Source of the DNA: an uncultured Planctomycetaceae bacterium
GTDB lineage: Bacteria; Planctomycetota; Planctomycetia; Planctomycetales; Planctomycetaceae
Length of the DNA stretch: 64,000 nt
Assembly (NCBI GenBank): GCA_963813715.1
Contig: CAWFAK010000002.1
Location: forward strand, 96,001 to 160,000
Direction of reading: 5' to 3'
Position numbers and translations under genes: made by a program. The notes beneath the pieces are model-generated. The model was not told where the DNA came from and did not search any database. It saw only the letters and a list, made by a program, of their open reading frames with translations. How positions within the stretch are numbered: the first letter of the stretch is position 1; every line of letters begins with the position of its first letter. Below are positions 53,208 through 64,000 of this stretch, one piece after another.

Positions 53208-54620
53208 GTGTCGAGTGACCTGCCCTCCGATCAGAAGCGCAAGATCGCCGCCGATTGCTGGATGAAAGGCAATCAGGCGTTGGCCAAATCCAATTTCGAC
53301 TATGCCATCGAAATGTATGGCAAATCCGTCTCGCTCGCGCCGGACAATCTCAGCTTCCGCCAATCGTTGCGCGGCTCCGAATACAAGAAGTACCAGGACA
53401 ACAAAACGGGGGCGAAGCTGGCCTCCATGCGCCTGGCCGGCACCCGCAATAACCTCCGCAAGCTCCGAGGCAAGAAGGAGTGGGCGGCCATGGATACGGT
53501 TGCCGAAGAAGGGCTCATCATCAACCCGTGGGATGCCGGGCTGAATGCCGCCGTGGGGGAAGCGTGCCGCAACCGCGGTTTCCTCGAAGTCGCCGATTTC
53601 TCTTATCAGCGTGCGGTCGAGAGTGATCCCGATACCAAGGACTATCTGCAGAACTTGATGGAGATCAACGAGGAGCGGGGCAACTACAAGCGGGCCATCG
53701 AGTGCGCGAAACGCCTGACCACGCTTGACCCCAACAACGGCAAGCTCCGCGCCCAACTGATGGGCATGGAAGCCAAGCAAGTGATGGATCGCGGCGGCTA
53801 CGACGACGCCAAGTCGACGCAGCACGTCCGCCGCAACGCGTACGACGACTACCGCCCCGCCACCGAGAAATACGTCCCCGACACGGTTGCCGGACCCGGC
53901 GTCTCGCTCGAGCAGGATCTCCGCCGGGCCATCCGCAAAGCCCCCACCGAAAAGGGAAACTACATCAAGCTGGGCGAGCATTTTCAGAAACAAAAGGACT
54001 TCGACAAAGCCAGCGAAGTCCTCAAGGAAGCGCTCGACGCGACAGGCGGCGACGTCAATATTCGCGAGTTTTATGAGGACAATGACCTCATGAACCTCCG
54101 GCAGCAGATCGAGAAGGCCAAGTCGATCGCGGCCGACGATGAAGCTGGACAAAAGCGAATCGCGTCACTCAAGCGCGAGCTCTTGCTCCGCGAGATCGAG
54201 GTCTACAGCTCCCGCACCGAGCGCTATCCTAACGACGCGCGCTTCAAGCACGAGCTCGGCAAGCGGCACATGATGATGAAGGACTACCGCAAGGCGATCC
54301 CCCTCCTCCAGCAGGCGACCGTCGACCAGCGGCGGGCCCCGGCCGTGCAGGTGCTCCTGGCGAAATGTTTTCTCGCCGAGAAGCAGCCGAGGCTGGCGCG
54401 GTCGAACCTGGAGCGGGCTTGCGAAAAGCTGAATCCGCACGACGAGCCGGAAACGTACTGCGAGGCGCACTACATTCTGGCGCGCCTTTGCGAGGAGAGC
54501 GGCGACCGCGACGACGCCGAGCACCACTATAGCGTGCTCTTGAGCGTCGACTACGCGTACAAAGACGCCCGTGAGCGATACGAGAAGTTGCAGGGCGGCG
54601 ACGGCAAGGCCCGTGGTTGA
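53208..54620 (+). CDS. Tetratricopeptide-repeat protein
   Basis: Multiple TPR-like helical pairs; C-terminal DYAYKDARER. Confidence 0.8.
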   Translation: MSSDLPSDQKRKIAADCWMKGNQALAKSNFDYAIEMYGKSVSLAPDNLSFRQSLRGSEYKKYQDNKTGAKLASMRLAGTRNNLRKLRGKKEWAAMDTVAEEGLIINPWDAGLNAAVGEACRNRGFLEVADFSYQRAVESDPDTKDYLQNLMEINEERGNYKRAIECAKRLTTLDPNNGKLRAQLMGMEAKQVMDRGGYDDAKSTQHVRRNAYDDYRPATEKYVPDTVAGPGVSLEQDLRRAIRKAPTEKGNYIKLGEHFQKQKDFDKASEVLKEALDATGGDVNIREFYEDNDLMNLRQQIEKAKSIAADDEAGQKRIASLKRELLLREIEVYSSRTERYPNDARFKHELGKRHMMMKDYRKAIPLLQQATVDQRRAPAVQVLLAKCFLAEKQPRLARSNLERACEKLNPHDEPETYCEAHYILARLCEESGDRDDAEHHYSVLLSVDYAYKDARERYEKLQGGDGKARG

Positions 54621-54710
54621 GACGGCAGATCGATTAGAGATCGGCGCCGCGGCTGTCAATCACGCCAAATTGCGCCCGGTTGCGCGAATCGCAGTCGGCG
54701 CGGGCAGCGG

Positions 54711-54992
54711 CTACGAGCGGCCTTCGTCCGTGTGTTTGGCGGCCTTGGCGGCCTCGATCTTCTTTTTGAGGTCGACGTACGTCATGCGATCGTCGCACTC
54801 GATGCCCAGTCGCTGCGCCTCTTCCTTTTGAGCCTTGGTCGCCGGCCGCGGCACGCCGCGTTGCGTCTCGGAAGTCGCGCTGGCAATGCGAATCACGTGG
54901 CCGCATTTTGGACAAACCCCCTGCTTGCCCGCGTATTCGTCGCGGACTTTGAAGGACCCTTTGCAGGATGGGCAGAAGATGTAAATCGCCAC
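54711..54992 (-). CDS. Small zinc-ribbon protein
   Basis: CPSC...CPKC; C-terminal PATKAQKEEAQRLGI. Confidence 0.7.
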   Translation of the reverse strand: MAIYIFCPSCKGSFKVRDEYAGKQGVCPKCGHVIRIASATSETQRGVPRPATKAQKEEAQRLGIECDDRMTYVDLKKKIEAAKAAKHTDEGRS

Positions 54993-55126
54993 GCGAGAGG
55001 CACCCCGATCATCGTCGAGCACAAGCAAATCGGCGGTTAATTTCGAGCCTTCATCGTAAAGGATGCGTGCAGCAATCGGAAGGGGGCTCTGTCCAGGGCG
55101 CAAAGTGAGCGTTGAACTCGCCTGTC

Positions 55127-55168
55127 CCAGTCACCAGAATTGATTGACCAGTCACCAGAATTGATAGA
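55127..55168. repeat. 21-bp tandem duplication
   Basis: CCAGTCACCAGAATTGATTGA followed by CCAGTCACCAGAATTGATAGA. Confidence 0.9.
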
Positions 55169-55229
55169 CTGGAGAGATCGTGTGTTGCGAATTTGACGCC
55201 GGCAGTGCCGGATCGCGGAGGGGGGCCGC

Positions 55230-56967
55230 TTGGACGAAAAGCGGAACGAGAAGACCGAGCCCAAGGCCGAGCCGAAACGCCGCGTTGGACCGTTCGAACT
55301 CGAGCGGAAGCTGGGCGTTGGCGGAATGGGGGTCGTCTATCTCGGCACCTACCTCAAGAACGGCCGCAAGATGGCCGTCAAAGTGCTCGCTCCTGAAATG
55401 TCGGCGGACGGGAGGCTGCTGCGCCGCTTCCTCCGCGAGATGGCCATTCTGAGCCGGCTGCGGCATCCGCACATCGTCCGCTATTACGGCGGCGGAAAGG
55501 ATAAAACGCAGCACTTCTACGCGATGGAATACATGGACGGCGGCAGTGTCGAGCAGATGCTCAAGAAGAAGGGCCGCTTCAGCTGGGAAGAGACGATCGG
55601 CTACTCCCGGCAGGTCGCGCTGCGCTCGAGTACGCGCACAATCACGGGATCATTCACCGCGACCTTAAGCCCGCGAACCTGTTCATGGGCAAGGACGGAT
55701 TGGTCAAGCTGGGTGACTTCGGCATCGCTCGCGACACTCAGGCGACGGCCCTCACCGCGGCCGGGCGCACCGTCGGCACGTACGCGTACATGGCCCCCGA
55801 GCAGATCTCGGGAAAGCCGCCCGTGTCGCGCAAGACCGATCTGTATGCCCTGGGCTGCGTGATGTTCGAGATGCTCACGGGCAAGCCCCCCTTCACCGCG
55901 CCGACAGCAGCCGAAATGCTCTTCGCCCACCTCGAAGAAGAACCGCCCGACGTCGCCTCGACCGCGCCCGATTGTCCGGAGCGGGTCGGCAGATTGGTCA
56001 GCAAGTTGCTCGAAAAGGATCCCGAAGAGCGGTACTACGATGCCCTGGCGCTGCAAGTGGCCCTCGACGAGGTCACCCAGAAGGTGACCGAGGAGCGGAC
56101 GGCCGCCCAGCAAACGATTGCCGGCGCAGCGCCGGAGTCACTGTCCCCGGAGCCGAGGGCCAGAGCACGCTCACCAAGAAGAAAAAAAAGAAGAAGAAAC
56201 AAAAGTTCATTCCCGTCTACGAGCGGACCTGGTTTCTGAACTGCTGCCTGGCCCTGTTGCTGATCGGCGTGACCTGGGGGCTTTGGCCCCGCAGCGAAAA
56301 GCAGGTCTTGGCCCAGGCTCAAAAATTGCAGGCGAATGAGGATCTGCTGGGAGCCAAGGACCAGTACAGCCGGCTGTTCAAAAGCTCGGAATTCGGCGAC
56401 CAGGCGCGGGAAGAGGTCGACAAAATCGACATGGAGCTGACGGAGACGCAGGCCCAGAAGGCCATGCGGCTCAATCGCGAACCAAGCTCCGAGGCCGAGC
56501 GCCTGTACATCGACGGGCTCAGGTTCGAGCAGTTCAAGGACCGGATCACTGCCCTGGCCAAATATCGCAGCCTGGTCGAATTGCTGAAGGATCGCGAAGC
56601 CGACCGCAAGTACGTCAACCTGGCCCAAAAAAAAATCAAAGAGATCCAAGAATCGGGCGGCACCAAGCAGGACGTGATCTCCCTGGTCAACGATAATCTG
56701 AAGCGGGCGGACGAACTGGCGACGAAGGGAGAACTGCTGGAAGCCCAGAACATCTGGAATTCGGTCGTTACGCTGTACGGCGCCAATCGCGAATTGGACC
56801 AGCAAGTGACCTACGCGCGGGCCCGGCTGCGAGGCGACAAAGTCGAGAAGACCGTTTTCGGACTCCCCAAAGCTCCGGCCAAAGAAGGACCGGAGAGAAA
56901 AGAGGGGGCGGAAAAAGACGGGCCGGACCATCCGGTGAAAGACGGGCCAGCGAAGGAGAAACCATGA
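55230..56967 (+). CDS. Membrane Ser/Thr kinase with poly-Lys juxtamembrane tract and helical extracytoplasmic domain; frameshifts near 55620 and 56140
   Basis: LGVGGMGVVY, AVK, HRDLKPAN, DFG, GTYAYMAPE; KKKKKKKKQK then TM. Confidence 0.9.
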
Positions 56968-57407
56968 GCGGAGAAGCCGTCGGGCGGCCGATGGACATTC
57001 TGCTGGTGGAGGACAGCCTGACGGCTGCCCGCATGGCGATCGGCGCCCTGAAGAAAGGTCCCGTCCCGCATCGGCTCACCTGGCTGACCGACGGCCAGGA
57101 TGCAACCGAGTTCGTGTATCGGCGCGGCCGGTTTGCCCGCGCCCCGCGTCCCGATTTGATCTTGCTGGACCTGACCCTGCCCAAGAAGGACGGCCGCGAC
57201 TTCTTGGCCGAGATCAAGTCCGACGAGGATCTCCGCACGATCCCGGTGGTCGTGTTAACCAGCTCCACCGACGAAGAGGATGTCGCACAGACGCAAGTCC
57301 TGGAGGTGGAGAGCTACATGACCAAGCCGGTCGATATCGAAAAGTTTCTTAAGCTGATCCGGGACCTTGCCCGGTATTGGCGTGCGGACATGATCCTCCC
57401 GACCTGA
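56964..57407 (+). CDS. Stand-alone response regulator receiver
   Basis: ILLVED, PDLILLDL, VVVLTSS, YMTKP; ATGA overlap with the kinase. Confidence 0.95.
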   Translation: MSGEAVGRPMDILLVEDSLTAARMAIGALKKGPVPHRLTWLTDGQDATEFVYRRGRFARAPRPDLILLDLTLPKKDGRDFLAEIKSDEDLRTIPVVVLTSSTDEEDVAQTQVLEVESYMTKPVDIEKFLKLIRDLARYWRADMILPT

Positions 57408-57414
57408 TCCCGAC

Positions 57415-59091
57415 ATGAGTCAATCCGAACTCGACTCGGTCCCGGACGAACCGGTCCGCGATCTCAGCCGCACCGTGCTCCCCAACCGCCTGGTGGCGGT
57501 GGTGATCGCGCTGGCGTTTCTGCCGGCCGCGCTCAATGCACTGGGGTTCAGCTTTTCGGCCGTGTCGCCCCCCCTGACCGCCAGCGACGACGCGAATCCG
57601 CCGCTCGCCGACCAGGTGCTGATCGCCCAGCAGCTCAGCACGGGCGAGATCATTCACGTTTTGATGGAGTGGACGGCCTTCATGATCGCCGTTGCCACGG
57701 CCGTGTTCGCGCTCAACCACTATTTCGTGGCTCACGACGTGACGACGCCGACTTTGAGCACGGCCCTGTTCTTCTCCGGCATGATCGACGGATTTCAATC
57801 GCTGGCCGCCGTGCACTTGTTGCCGTTCGTCGTGGATGTCGAGAATTTTCTGCCGTTCACATGGTTCGCTTCGCGAATGGTCAACGTCTGCTTCCTGATC
57901 GCGGGGACGATCCCATTTGTGTGGTACCACCACCGCTGGAACGCGCCCCCCCGCAACCGCGACCCGCGGTTTTTCTTGTTGGCCGCCGTGCTGTTTATGT
58001 TGATGGCGTACGTGATCGTGTTTCTGTGCGCCTGGTCGCCGCACCTGCCGACGGCCGTTTATCCCGGCGCCCGCATCGTCCACCGACCCTGGGACCTGAT
58101 TCCGCTCTTCTTGTATCTGTTCGCGGGGGCGGTGATTTTCCCGCGGTTTTATCGGGCCCAGCCGAGCATTTTCTCGCATTCGCTTTTCGTAAGCGTGATC
58201 CCCAACGTGGCCGCCCAGATCTACGCGGCCTTCGGCGCGGTCCAGCTCTTCGACAACGCGTTCAACATCGCCAGCTTCGAGAAGATCGTGGCCTATGCCG
58301 TTCCGCTGATGGGTCTGCTGCTCGACTATCGGCGGACTTACTACGCCGAAGTGGCACTCCAGGTCACGCAGGAGAAGCTGCGCGTCGCCCGAAACGTTCA
58401 GCAGGGCCTGTTGCCTCAGGCGCCGCCGCAATTGCCTGGGTACGACATTGCCGGCTTCTACGAGTCGGCCGACGTCGTGGGGGGCGACTATTACGACTAC
58501 ATCCCCATGGCGGACGGGCGTATGGGCATCGTGGTGGCGGACGTCAGCGGCCACGAGATTGGGGCCTCGCTGTTAATGGCCAAGACGCGGGCCTATCTCC
58601 GGGCTCTCGCCAAGAGCGACGACGACCTGCAGACTCTGCTGGGCCGGCTGCATGAATTCCTCGTCGTCGACACGCACGACAAGTGGTTTGTCACGATGTT
58701 TTTTGCCGCCCTCAATCCGCAAACGGGGGCCATCGAGTATGCCGGCGCCGCCCAACAGGCCCACCTCGTTCATCAAGACGGGTCGGTCACCGTCCTCCGC
58801 AGCACGTCCACGCCGCTCGGCGTCTTCGCCGACCATCCGCCCCTCTGTTCGAGCCCGATCACGCTGGCCGCCGGCGAGCTCCTCGTGGTCCTAACCGACG
58901 GATACGTCGAGGCCAAGTCGCCTGCCGGCGAGCAATTTGGCAACGAGCGGATGCTTGCGATCATTCGTGAGCATCGGACGAGTCCGGCCAGCGAGATCAT
59001 TCAGGCCCTCGACGGGGCGGTCGCCCGCTTCTGCGGTTCCTCCCCTCCAACCGACGATTTGACGGCCGTCGTCGTGCGCCGCACAGTCTGA
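57415..59091 (+). CDS. PP2C/SpoIIE-family phosphatase with a polytopic membrane sensor domain
   Basis: About 8 TM segments; VGGDYYD, VADVSGH, LTDGY, DDLT. Confidence 0.93.
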   Translation: MSQSELDSVPDEPVRDLSRTVLPNRLVAVVIALAFLPAALNALGFSFSAVSPPLTASDDANPPLADQVLIAQQLSTGEIIHVLMEWTAFMIAVATAVFALNHYFVAHDVTTPTLSTALFFSGMIDGFQSLAAVHLLPFVVDVENFLPFTWFASRMVNVCFLIAGTIPFVWYHHRWNAPPRNRDPRFFLLAAVLFMLMAYVIVFLCAWSPHLPTAVYPGARIVHRPWDLIPLFLYLFAGAVIFPRFYRAQPSIFSHSLFVSVIPNVAAQIYAAFGAVQLFDNAFNIASFEKIVAYAVPLMGLLLDYRRTYYAEVALQVTQEKLRVARNVQQGLLPQAPPQLPGYDIAGFYESADVVGGDYYDYIPMADGRMGIVVADVSGHEIGASLLMAKTRAYLRALAKSDDDLQTLLGRLHEFLVVDTHDKWFVTMFFAALNPQTGAIEYAGAAQQAHLVHQDGSVTVLRSTSTPLGVFADHPPLCSSPITLAAGELLVVLTDGYVEAKSPAGEQFGNERMLAIIREHRTSPASEIIQALDGAVARFCGSSPPTDDLTAVVVRRTV

Positions 59092-59190
59092 GTCGCCCCA
59101 GAGACGGGATTGACCACGCCCGGCGGTTGGGCCACGATTGGGTGAGAGCCCGCGCCGGCGACAACCACGACCTCAACACGATCGCTCCCG

Positions 59191-59845
59191 ATGAAACCGC
59201 TGCGTCATCCCATCCAGGACCTGTCCCGTGCCAAACGGTCCGTGCTGTTTGGCGTGACGTTCCTGGTGGGGTTCGTCCTCTGGTACGCGTTGCAGCAGCT
59301 CGACGTGCCGCTCGAAACGCACGAGGCGCGATGGGGCATCGTTTCGCTCGAACTGTCGGGCACCGTCGAAGGGAGTCAGGAAATCATCGACTCCTGGAAG
59401 GGGACGGCCCTCGACAACTGCGCGGAGCGGACTGCTGCTCGATTTCATCTTCCCACTCTGCTACTCGACCGTCTTGACCATCGCCTGCTTTTGGGCCGCG
59501 TCGCTCTTTCGCGAGCGAGGGTTTCGCAAAACGGCTTGGCTTGCCACGGGCATCGCCTGGCTGCAATGGCCCGCCGCGCTGTGCGACTACGTCGAAAACA
59601 TCGCGCTGTGGGTGCAAATTCGCGGGCCCGTCCAGGATCCGTGGCCGGGGATCGGCCGCGATTCGGCACTGATCAAATTCACGCTGATTGCGTTGGGACT
59701 GTGCTCGATCGTCGGCGCCGCGGTGATTTTGGTGCTTCGTCGTCGCGCACGGCCGACGTTGCCGTCTCCTACGGGTCCGGCCGCCGCAGAGCCGGCCGTT
59801 CTGTCGAAGCCGAGCGTTGACGCGGGCATTCGCCCCGTGCCGTGA
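59191..59845 (+). CDS. Hypothetical membrane protein; frameshift near 59420
   Basis: Hydrophobic segments across ORFs 59191 and 59474; GIVSLELSG, CDYVENIAL. Confidence 0.7.
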
Positions 59846-59873
59846 CCGCGTCGCGAAGCGTCGTCGCTACGCC

Positions 59874-60924
59874 TCAGACCAGCGGCATCTTGTGCTGTTC
59901 GCCGGGGACTTCGCGGACGTATTGCGGGACTGCGTAACCCGGAAGGCGGTCGCGCAGCTCCTCGATCAATTCGAGCCCCCGCGACACAGGCACCTCGAAA
60001 GTGGGCCGTCCCCGTCACCCGGTCGAGCTGATGCAAGTAGTACGGCATCACGCCCAGGTTGACCAGCCGCAGGCTGAGCTCGGCCAGCGGTTCGGCCGCG
60101 TCGTTGATGCCCGCCAGAAGCACGGTCTGATTGAGCACGGTCAGGCCGCTGGTTACCAACAGCCGCAGCGAGTCGCGGCAGTCGCCCACGATTTCGGCCG
60201 GATGATTCGCGTGAACGACGACGATGGACGTCATGTGGAGGCCGCGCAACAGTTCGATCAACCGCTCCGTCACTCGCGACGGCAGAACGATCGGCAGCCT
60301 GGTGTGAACCCGCAGCCGATCCAGGTGCGGAATCTCGTCAAGTCGGCCGACGATTTCCGCGAGGCGTGCGTCGCTGAGCATCAGCGGATCGCCTCCACTC
60401 AGGATGATTTCCCGAATCGACGGATCGGCCCGCAGTTGGCTGAAGGCCGGTTCCCAATCTGCTAACCGCCTCGGCTCGTCACCGTATGGGAACGACCGGC
60501 GGAAGCAATAGCGACAGTGAATCGCGCAGGCCCCCGTCGAGATCATCAGGGCCCGCCCGACATATTTTTGCAACAGCCCCGGCGCCCGATGAGCCGACGC
60601 TTCCTCGAGCGGGTCGGTTGTGAACTCGGCCGGCGAGTTCGTCTCGGCCGCCAGCGGCAACACCTGGAGCAACAGCGGGTCGTGCGGATTGCCGGGCTGC
60701 ATCCGCCGCAAGAAACTGTCGGTCACGAACAGCGGGAACAACTCGGCCGCCCGCCGCGCGGCCACGCGCAGCGTCGTCGCGGCAGACCGAGGCGATCGAT
60801 CAACGCGTCGGGATCGCGGATCGCTTGGGCCAGTTCCTGCTGCCACGTCGCCGGGCGCGGAAGGGCTTCGGTTGGGAATTCGATGACGGGCTCCAGACGT
60901 CGGGGCGCGAGGCGGGGTCGGCAT
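59874..60924 (-). CDS. epmB: EF-P beta-lysylation protein EpmB (lysine 2,3-aminomutase, radical SAM); frameshifts near 60780 and 59998; start uncertain
   Basis: WQQELAQAIRDP, DPLLLQVLP, GLLQKY, CAIHCRYCFRR, LSGGDPL, PYYLHQLD; divergent from efp. Confidence 0.92.
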
Positions 60925-61044
60925 TTCCCGCCCGGAATCGTTATGTTATCCTCGCGGTTTCACCCTGACATTACCGACGAGCGGGCGGCCGCTTGGTCAC
61001 GACCTTATAGTCTTCCAGCGATCAGAGTTGAAGAGAACGGAGCG

Positions 61045-61615
61045 ATGCCTCAAATCAACGCGGGCGACTTCCGCAAAGGAATCAAAGTAGTCGTCGAGGG
61101 TGAGCCCTACGAGATGACGGAGTGCAACTTCGTCAAGCCGGGTAAGGGGCAGGCTCTTTACAAAACGCGGCTGCGAAACCTCCTCAAGGGGACCCTGCTC
61201 GACCGCACTTACAAGAGCGGCGACGGTCTCGAAGAGGCCGACATTCACAAGAGCGATGGCCAGTTCCTCTACCGGGCCGGCGACGAACTCCATCTTCATG
61301 GACAACGAGTCGTTCGAGCAATACACGCTTTCCGCGGACCAATGCGGGGATGGTGCCAAGTTTCTGCTCGAAAACGCCACCGTCGGCCTGATGTATTGGA
61401 ATGGCCGGCTGATCGAAATGACGCCTCCGGCTCAGGTCATCCTCGAAATCACCTATACCGAGCCGGCGGCCCGCGGCAATACGGCCACGAACGTGAACAA
61501 GCCGGCGACCGTGGAAACGGGCGCGACGGTTCACGTGCCCGCCTTCATCAATCAAGGGGATAAAATCAAAGTCGATGCCCGCACCGGGGCGTACATTGAA
61601 CGCTTTCGCGAGTAG
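61045..61615 (+). CDS. efp: Elongation factor P; frameshift near 61285
   Basis: VKPGKGQA, FMDNESFEQY, RGNTA, KPATVETGATVHVPAFI, YIER. Confidence 0.96.
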
Positions 61616-61688
61616 CGGCCGCTCGATCCTCGCCGCGGAGGAATGCCGAGCCGGTTGCGGGACGAGAACTCCAGGGAAGGAGTCGGTC

Positions 61689-61907
61689 ATGGAAAAGCTG
61701 GAGATTGCCCTCTACGGCGCGGCCATTTACCTGGCGATCAAGTCGCTCGTCTCGCTGATGTCCGATCACAGTCGTGCCACCAAGCAACGCTTCGCTGTCG
61801 AGTTGGCCGCCGCCCAACAAGCCGCCGCGGCGAAGGCGGCCGAACAGGCAGTTGCCGCGGCCGCCGCTGAAAAACCCGAACAACGCCCGCTGAAAAAAGC
61901 CGGTTAG
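61689..61907 (+). CDS. Small membrane-anchored hypothetical protein
   Basis: AAGGAG RBS; N-terminal TM, Ala-rich tail. Confidence 0.65.
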   Translation: MEKLEIALYGAAIYLAIKSLVSLMSDHSRATKQRFAVELAAAQQAAAAKAAEQAVAAAAAEKPEQRPLKKAG

Positions 61908-61995
61908 CCGTTCTTAGTCGCTTTCCTGTCGGCGGCATCGTCCTTGCAATGGACGCCGGTGCTCACTCGCAATCCCGCGGCTAGCCCGCACGAAA

Positions 61996-63445
61996 ATGCA
62001 CAACCGCAAGCTTTATATCGAGACGGTCGGCTGCCAGATGAACGAGCTCGATAGCGAGCTGGTCGTGGCGGCGCTGCGTCGCGAAGGCTACGAGCTGACC
62101 GCCGACGTGCAGGAGGCCGACACGGTCCTCTTCAATACGTGCAGCGTCCGCGAGCACGCCGAGCACAAGATCTACAGCCAGTTGGGCCGCCTGCGGCACA
62201 GCAAGAAACGCCGTCCCAAGCAGGTGATCGGCGTGATGGGCTGCATGGCCCAGAAGGACCAGGAGCTGATTTTCCAGCGGGCTCCGCACGTCGACCTGGT
62301 CGTGGGGACCGGTCAGCTTTCGGAAATCCCGCGGCTGATCGCCGAGAGTCGCGAAAATCGGCAACGGGCTCTGGCCGTCAGCCTGGACCGCACGGAAGGC
62401 AGTCGCCTCGAAGTTTCCGAGAGCTTTCAGAGCTACGATCCGCTCCGCGAGCCGGAGATGCGGCCGTCGCCGTATCAGGCCTACGTGCGGATCATGCTCG
62501 GCTGCGACAAGTTCTGTACGTACTGCGTCGTGCCAATGACGCGCGGCCCCGAGCAGAGCCGCCCGCCCAGCCAGATTGCGGCCGAAGTCCGGCTGCTAGC
62601 CGACCAAGGCGTCAAGGAAGTTACGCTGCTGGGACAGACCGTCAACAGCTACAAGTACACCGAAGCGGGCCGGCTCTATCGGCTCAGCGATCTCTTGGCT
62701 TTGATCCACGACACGGCGGGCATCCTGCGGATCAAGTTCGTGACGAACTATCCCCGCGACATGACCGATGATCTGCTGAGCGCCGTCCGCGATTTGCCCA
62801 AGGTCTGCCGCTATTTGCACGTGCCGCTCCAATCGGGCTCCGACGACGTGCTGCGCGTGATGAAGCGTGGCTACACCGTGGACCAGTATCTCGAGATGCA
62901 CGATCGCATTCGCGAGGTGATGCCGGACTGTGCCGTGTCGAGCGACTTCATCGTCGGCCATCCGGGCGAAACGGAGGTCGAATTCACGAAGAGCATCGAC
63001 CTCGTCCGCCGTTGCCGCTTTAAGAACAGCTTCATTTTCAAGTACAGCCCGCGTCCCGGAACGAAGGCGTTCGAACGCTACCCGGACGAGATTCCGGAAG
63101 ACGTGAAGCGCCGCCGCAACAACGAACTCCTGGCCATTCAGAACGAGATCAGCGAAGAGGACAACGCAGGTTTCATCGGCCGCGAAGTAGAAGTGTTGGT
63201 CGAGGGCCCGAGCAAAGCGGCCCGCAAACTCCACTCGGACGCAGAGACTGGCGCCGAACGGGCCGATCCAGCTCGTCGGCCGCTCGACTTGCGACCGCAT
63301 CGTGGTCTTCGACGGTAATCCCCGCCTGGCCGGCAGCCTCGCCCGGATCGCCATCTACGACTGCACGGCCACCACGCTCCTCGGCACCATCGTCACGCGC
63401 GAGCTCCAGCACGGCTCGAGTTCGCTGTTGCCGATCCTGGCTTAG
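61996..63445 (+). CDS. miaB: tRNA-i6A37 methylthiotransferase MiaB; frameshift near 63255
   Basis: TVGCQMN, NTCSVRE, GCDKFCTYCVVP, LLGQTVN, QSGSD, YSPRPGT; TRAM domain completed in a second frame. Confidence 0.96.
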
Positions 63446-63452
63446 GACTGAC

Positions 63453-64000
63453 TCATCCGGCGGGGTCCGGCGTGATGTCCACGTCGTCGATGTGATAGAT
63501 GGCGTTCGGCTCTGGCACGTCCGGGTTCGGCGAGACCCGGTCCGGGGCTTTTTCCGCCGAGGTCCGAATCGTCGGCTCATTGCGATAAGGGCCCGTGCGA
63601 AACGACAGTCGCTCGACGCTTTTCGCGTACTCCGCGAATTTGGCGGCCGCGGCGACCGGCTTGCCGTCGAGTGAGACGTCGAACGTTTGCCGCGCGACGT
63701 CGACTTTGAGTGCAATCTCGTACCACTTGCCTGGCTCGTACTGAGCAAGCACGGATGAGTCGCCTCCATTCTGGAACCGGATCTTGCCGTCGGCGGCGAA
63801 GATCAAGCGAACAGGCCGGTAGCCGACGTGATCGGTGACCTCGATCTCCAGCGTGCCATGCCGATTCTGCTCGGCGTGCACCCGGAAATGGACGGTCACC
63901 GCCTTCGTTTCCGGAAAGACGCGCACAGCGCGGGCGTAGTCGTAGGGGTCGCGGTCCTGCAGCTCGAGGCTCTTGTTGGTCGCGCTGGGAAAGGCGGCGA
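63453..64000 (-). CDS. C-terminal part of a hypothetical beta-rich protein (start outside window)
   Basis: Open frame to the window edge; LQDRDPYDYARAVRVFPE, YHIDDVDI. Confidence 0.65.
   Translation of the reverse strand, partial: AAFPSATNKSLELQDRDPYDYARAVRVFPETKAVTVHFRVHAEQNRHGTLEIEVTDHVGYRPVRLIFAADGKIRFQNGGDSSVLAQYEPGKWYEIALKVDVARQTFDVSLDGKPVAAAAKFAEYAKSVERLSFRTGPYRNEPTIRTSAEKAPDRVSPNPDVPEPNAIYHIDDVDITPDPAG

Noticed and set aside
56176..56205. Programmed frameshift at the A-rich tract in the kinase
   Set aside because: The tract encodes poly-Lys in the downstream frame, the shift lies upstream of it, and indels are ubiquitous in this assembly

Overview
High-GC bacterial chromosomal segment. 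Gene content points to a Planctomycete: short PheT, homodimeric GlyRS, three Ser/Thr kinases, orphan secretin and Wza-like genes, and REP-like and heptamer repeats. It is mostly housekeeping (gap, rpe, accD, two UvrD/PcrA helicases, tsaB, mtnA, thiE, glyQS, xerD, pcm, pheT, epmB, efp, miaB), mixed with signalling genes and secreted hypothetical proteins. I found no CRISPR array, rRNA, tRNA, prophage or transposase. More than 20 genes, including conserved ones, carry single-base frameshifts, most likely uncorrected long-read errors, so many CDS coordinates are stitched across frames. Best candidate for an undescribed system: the 12.9-17.7 kb locus. There the same 80-aa OmpA/CpaD-like domain (25/80 identical, ungapped) occurs in a lipoprotein coupled to an orphan CpaC-type secretin and as the loop of a two-TM protein with a degenerate Gfo/Idh/MocA-like cytoplasmic domain. 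Other notable signals are a GGA(C)-rich structured non-coding element at 40.5-41.0 kb, a 4 x 19-bp array inside an ABC operon, an active/degenerate HD-GYP pair, a kinase-receiver-PP2C operon and several pseudo-enzymes. All family assignments come from motifs recognised by eye; no searches were run.
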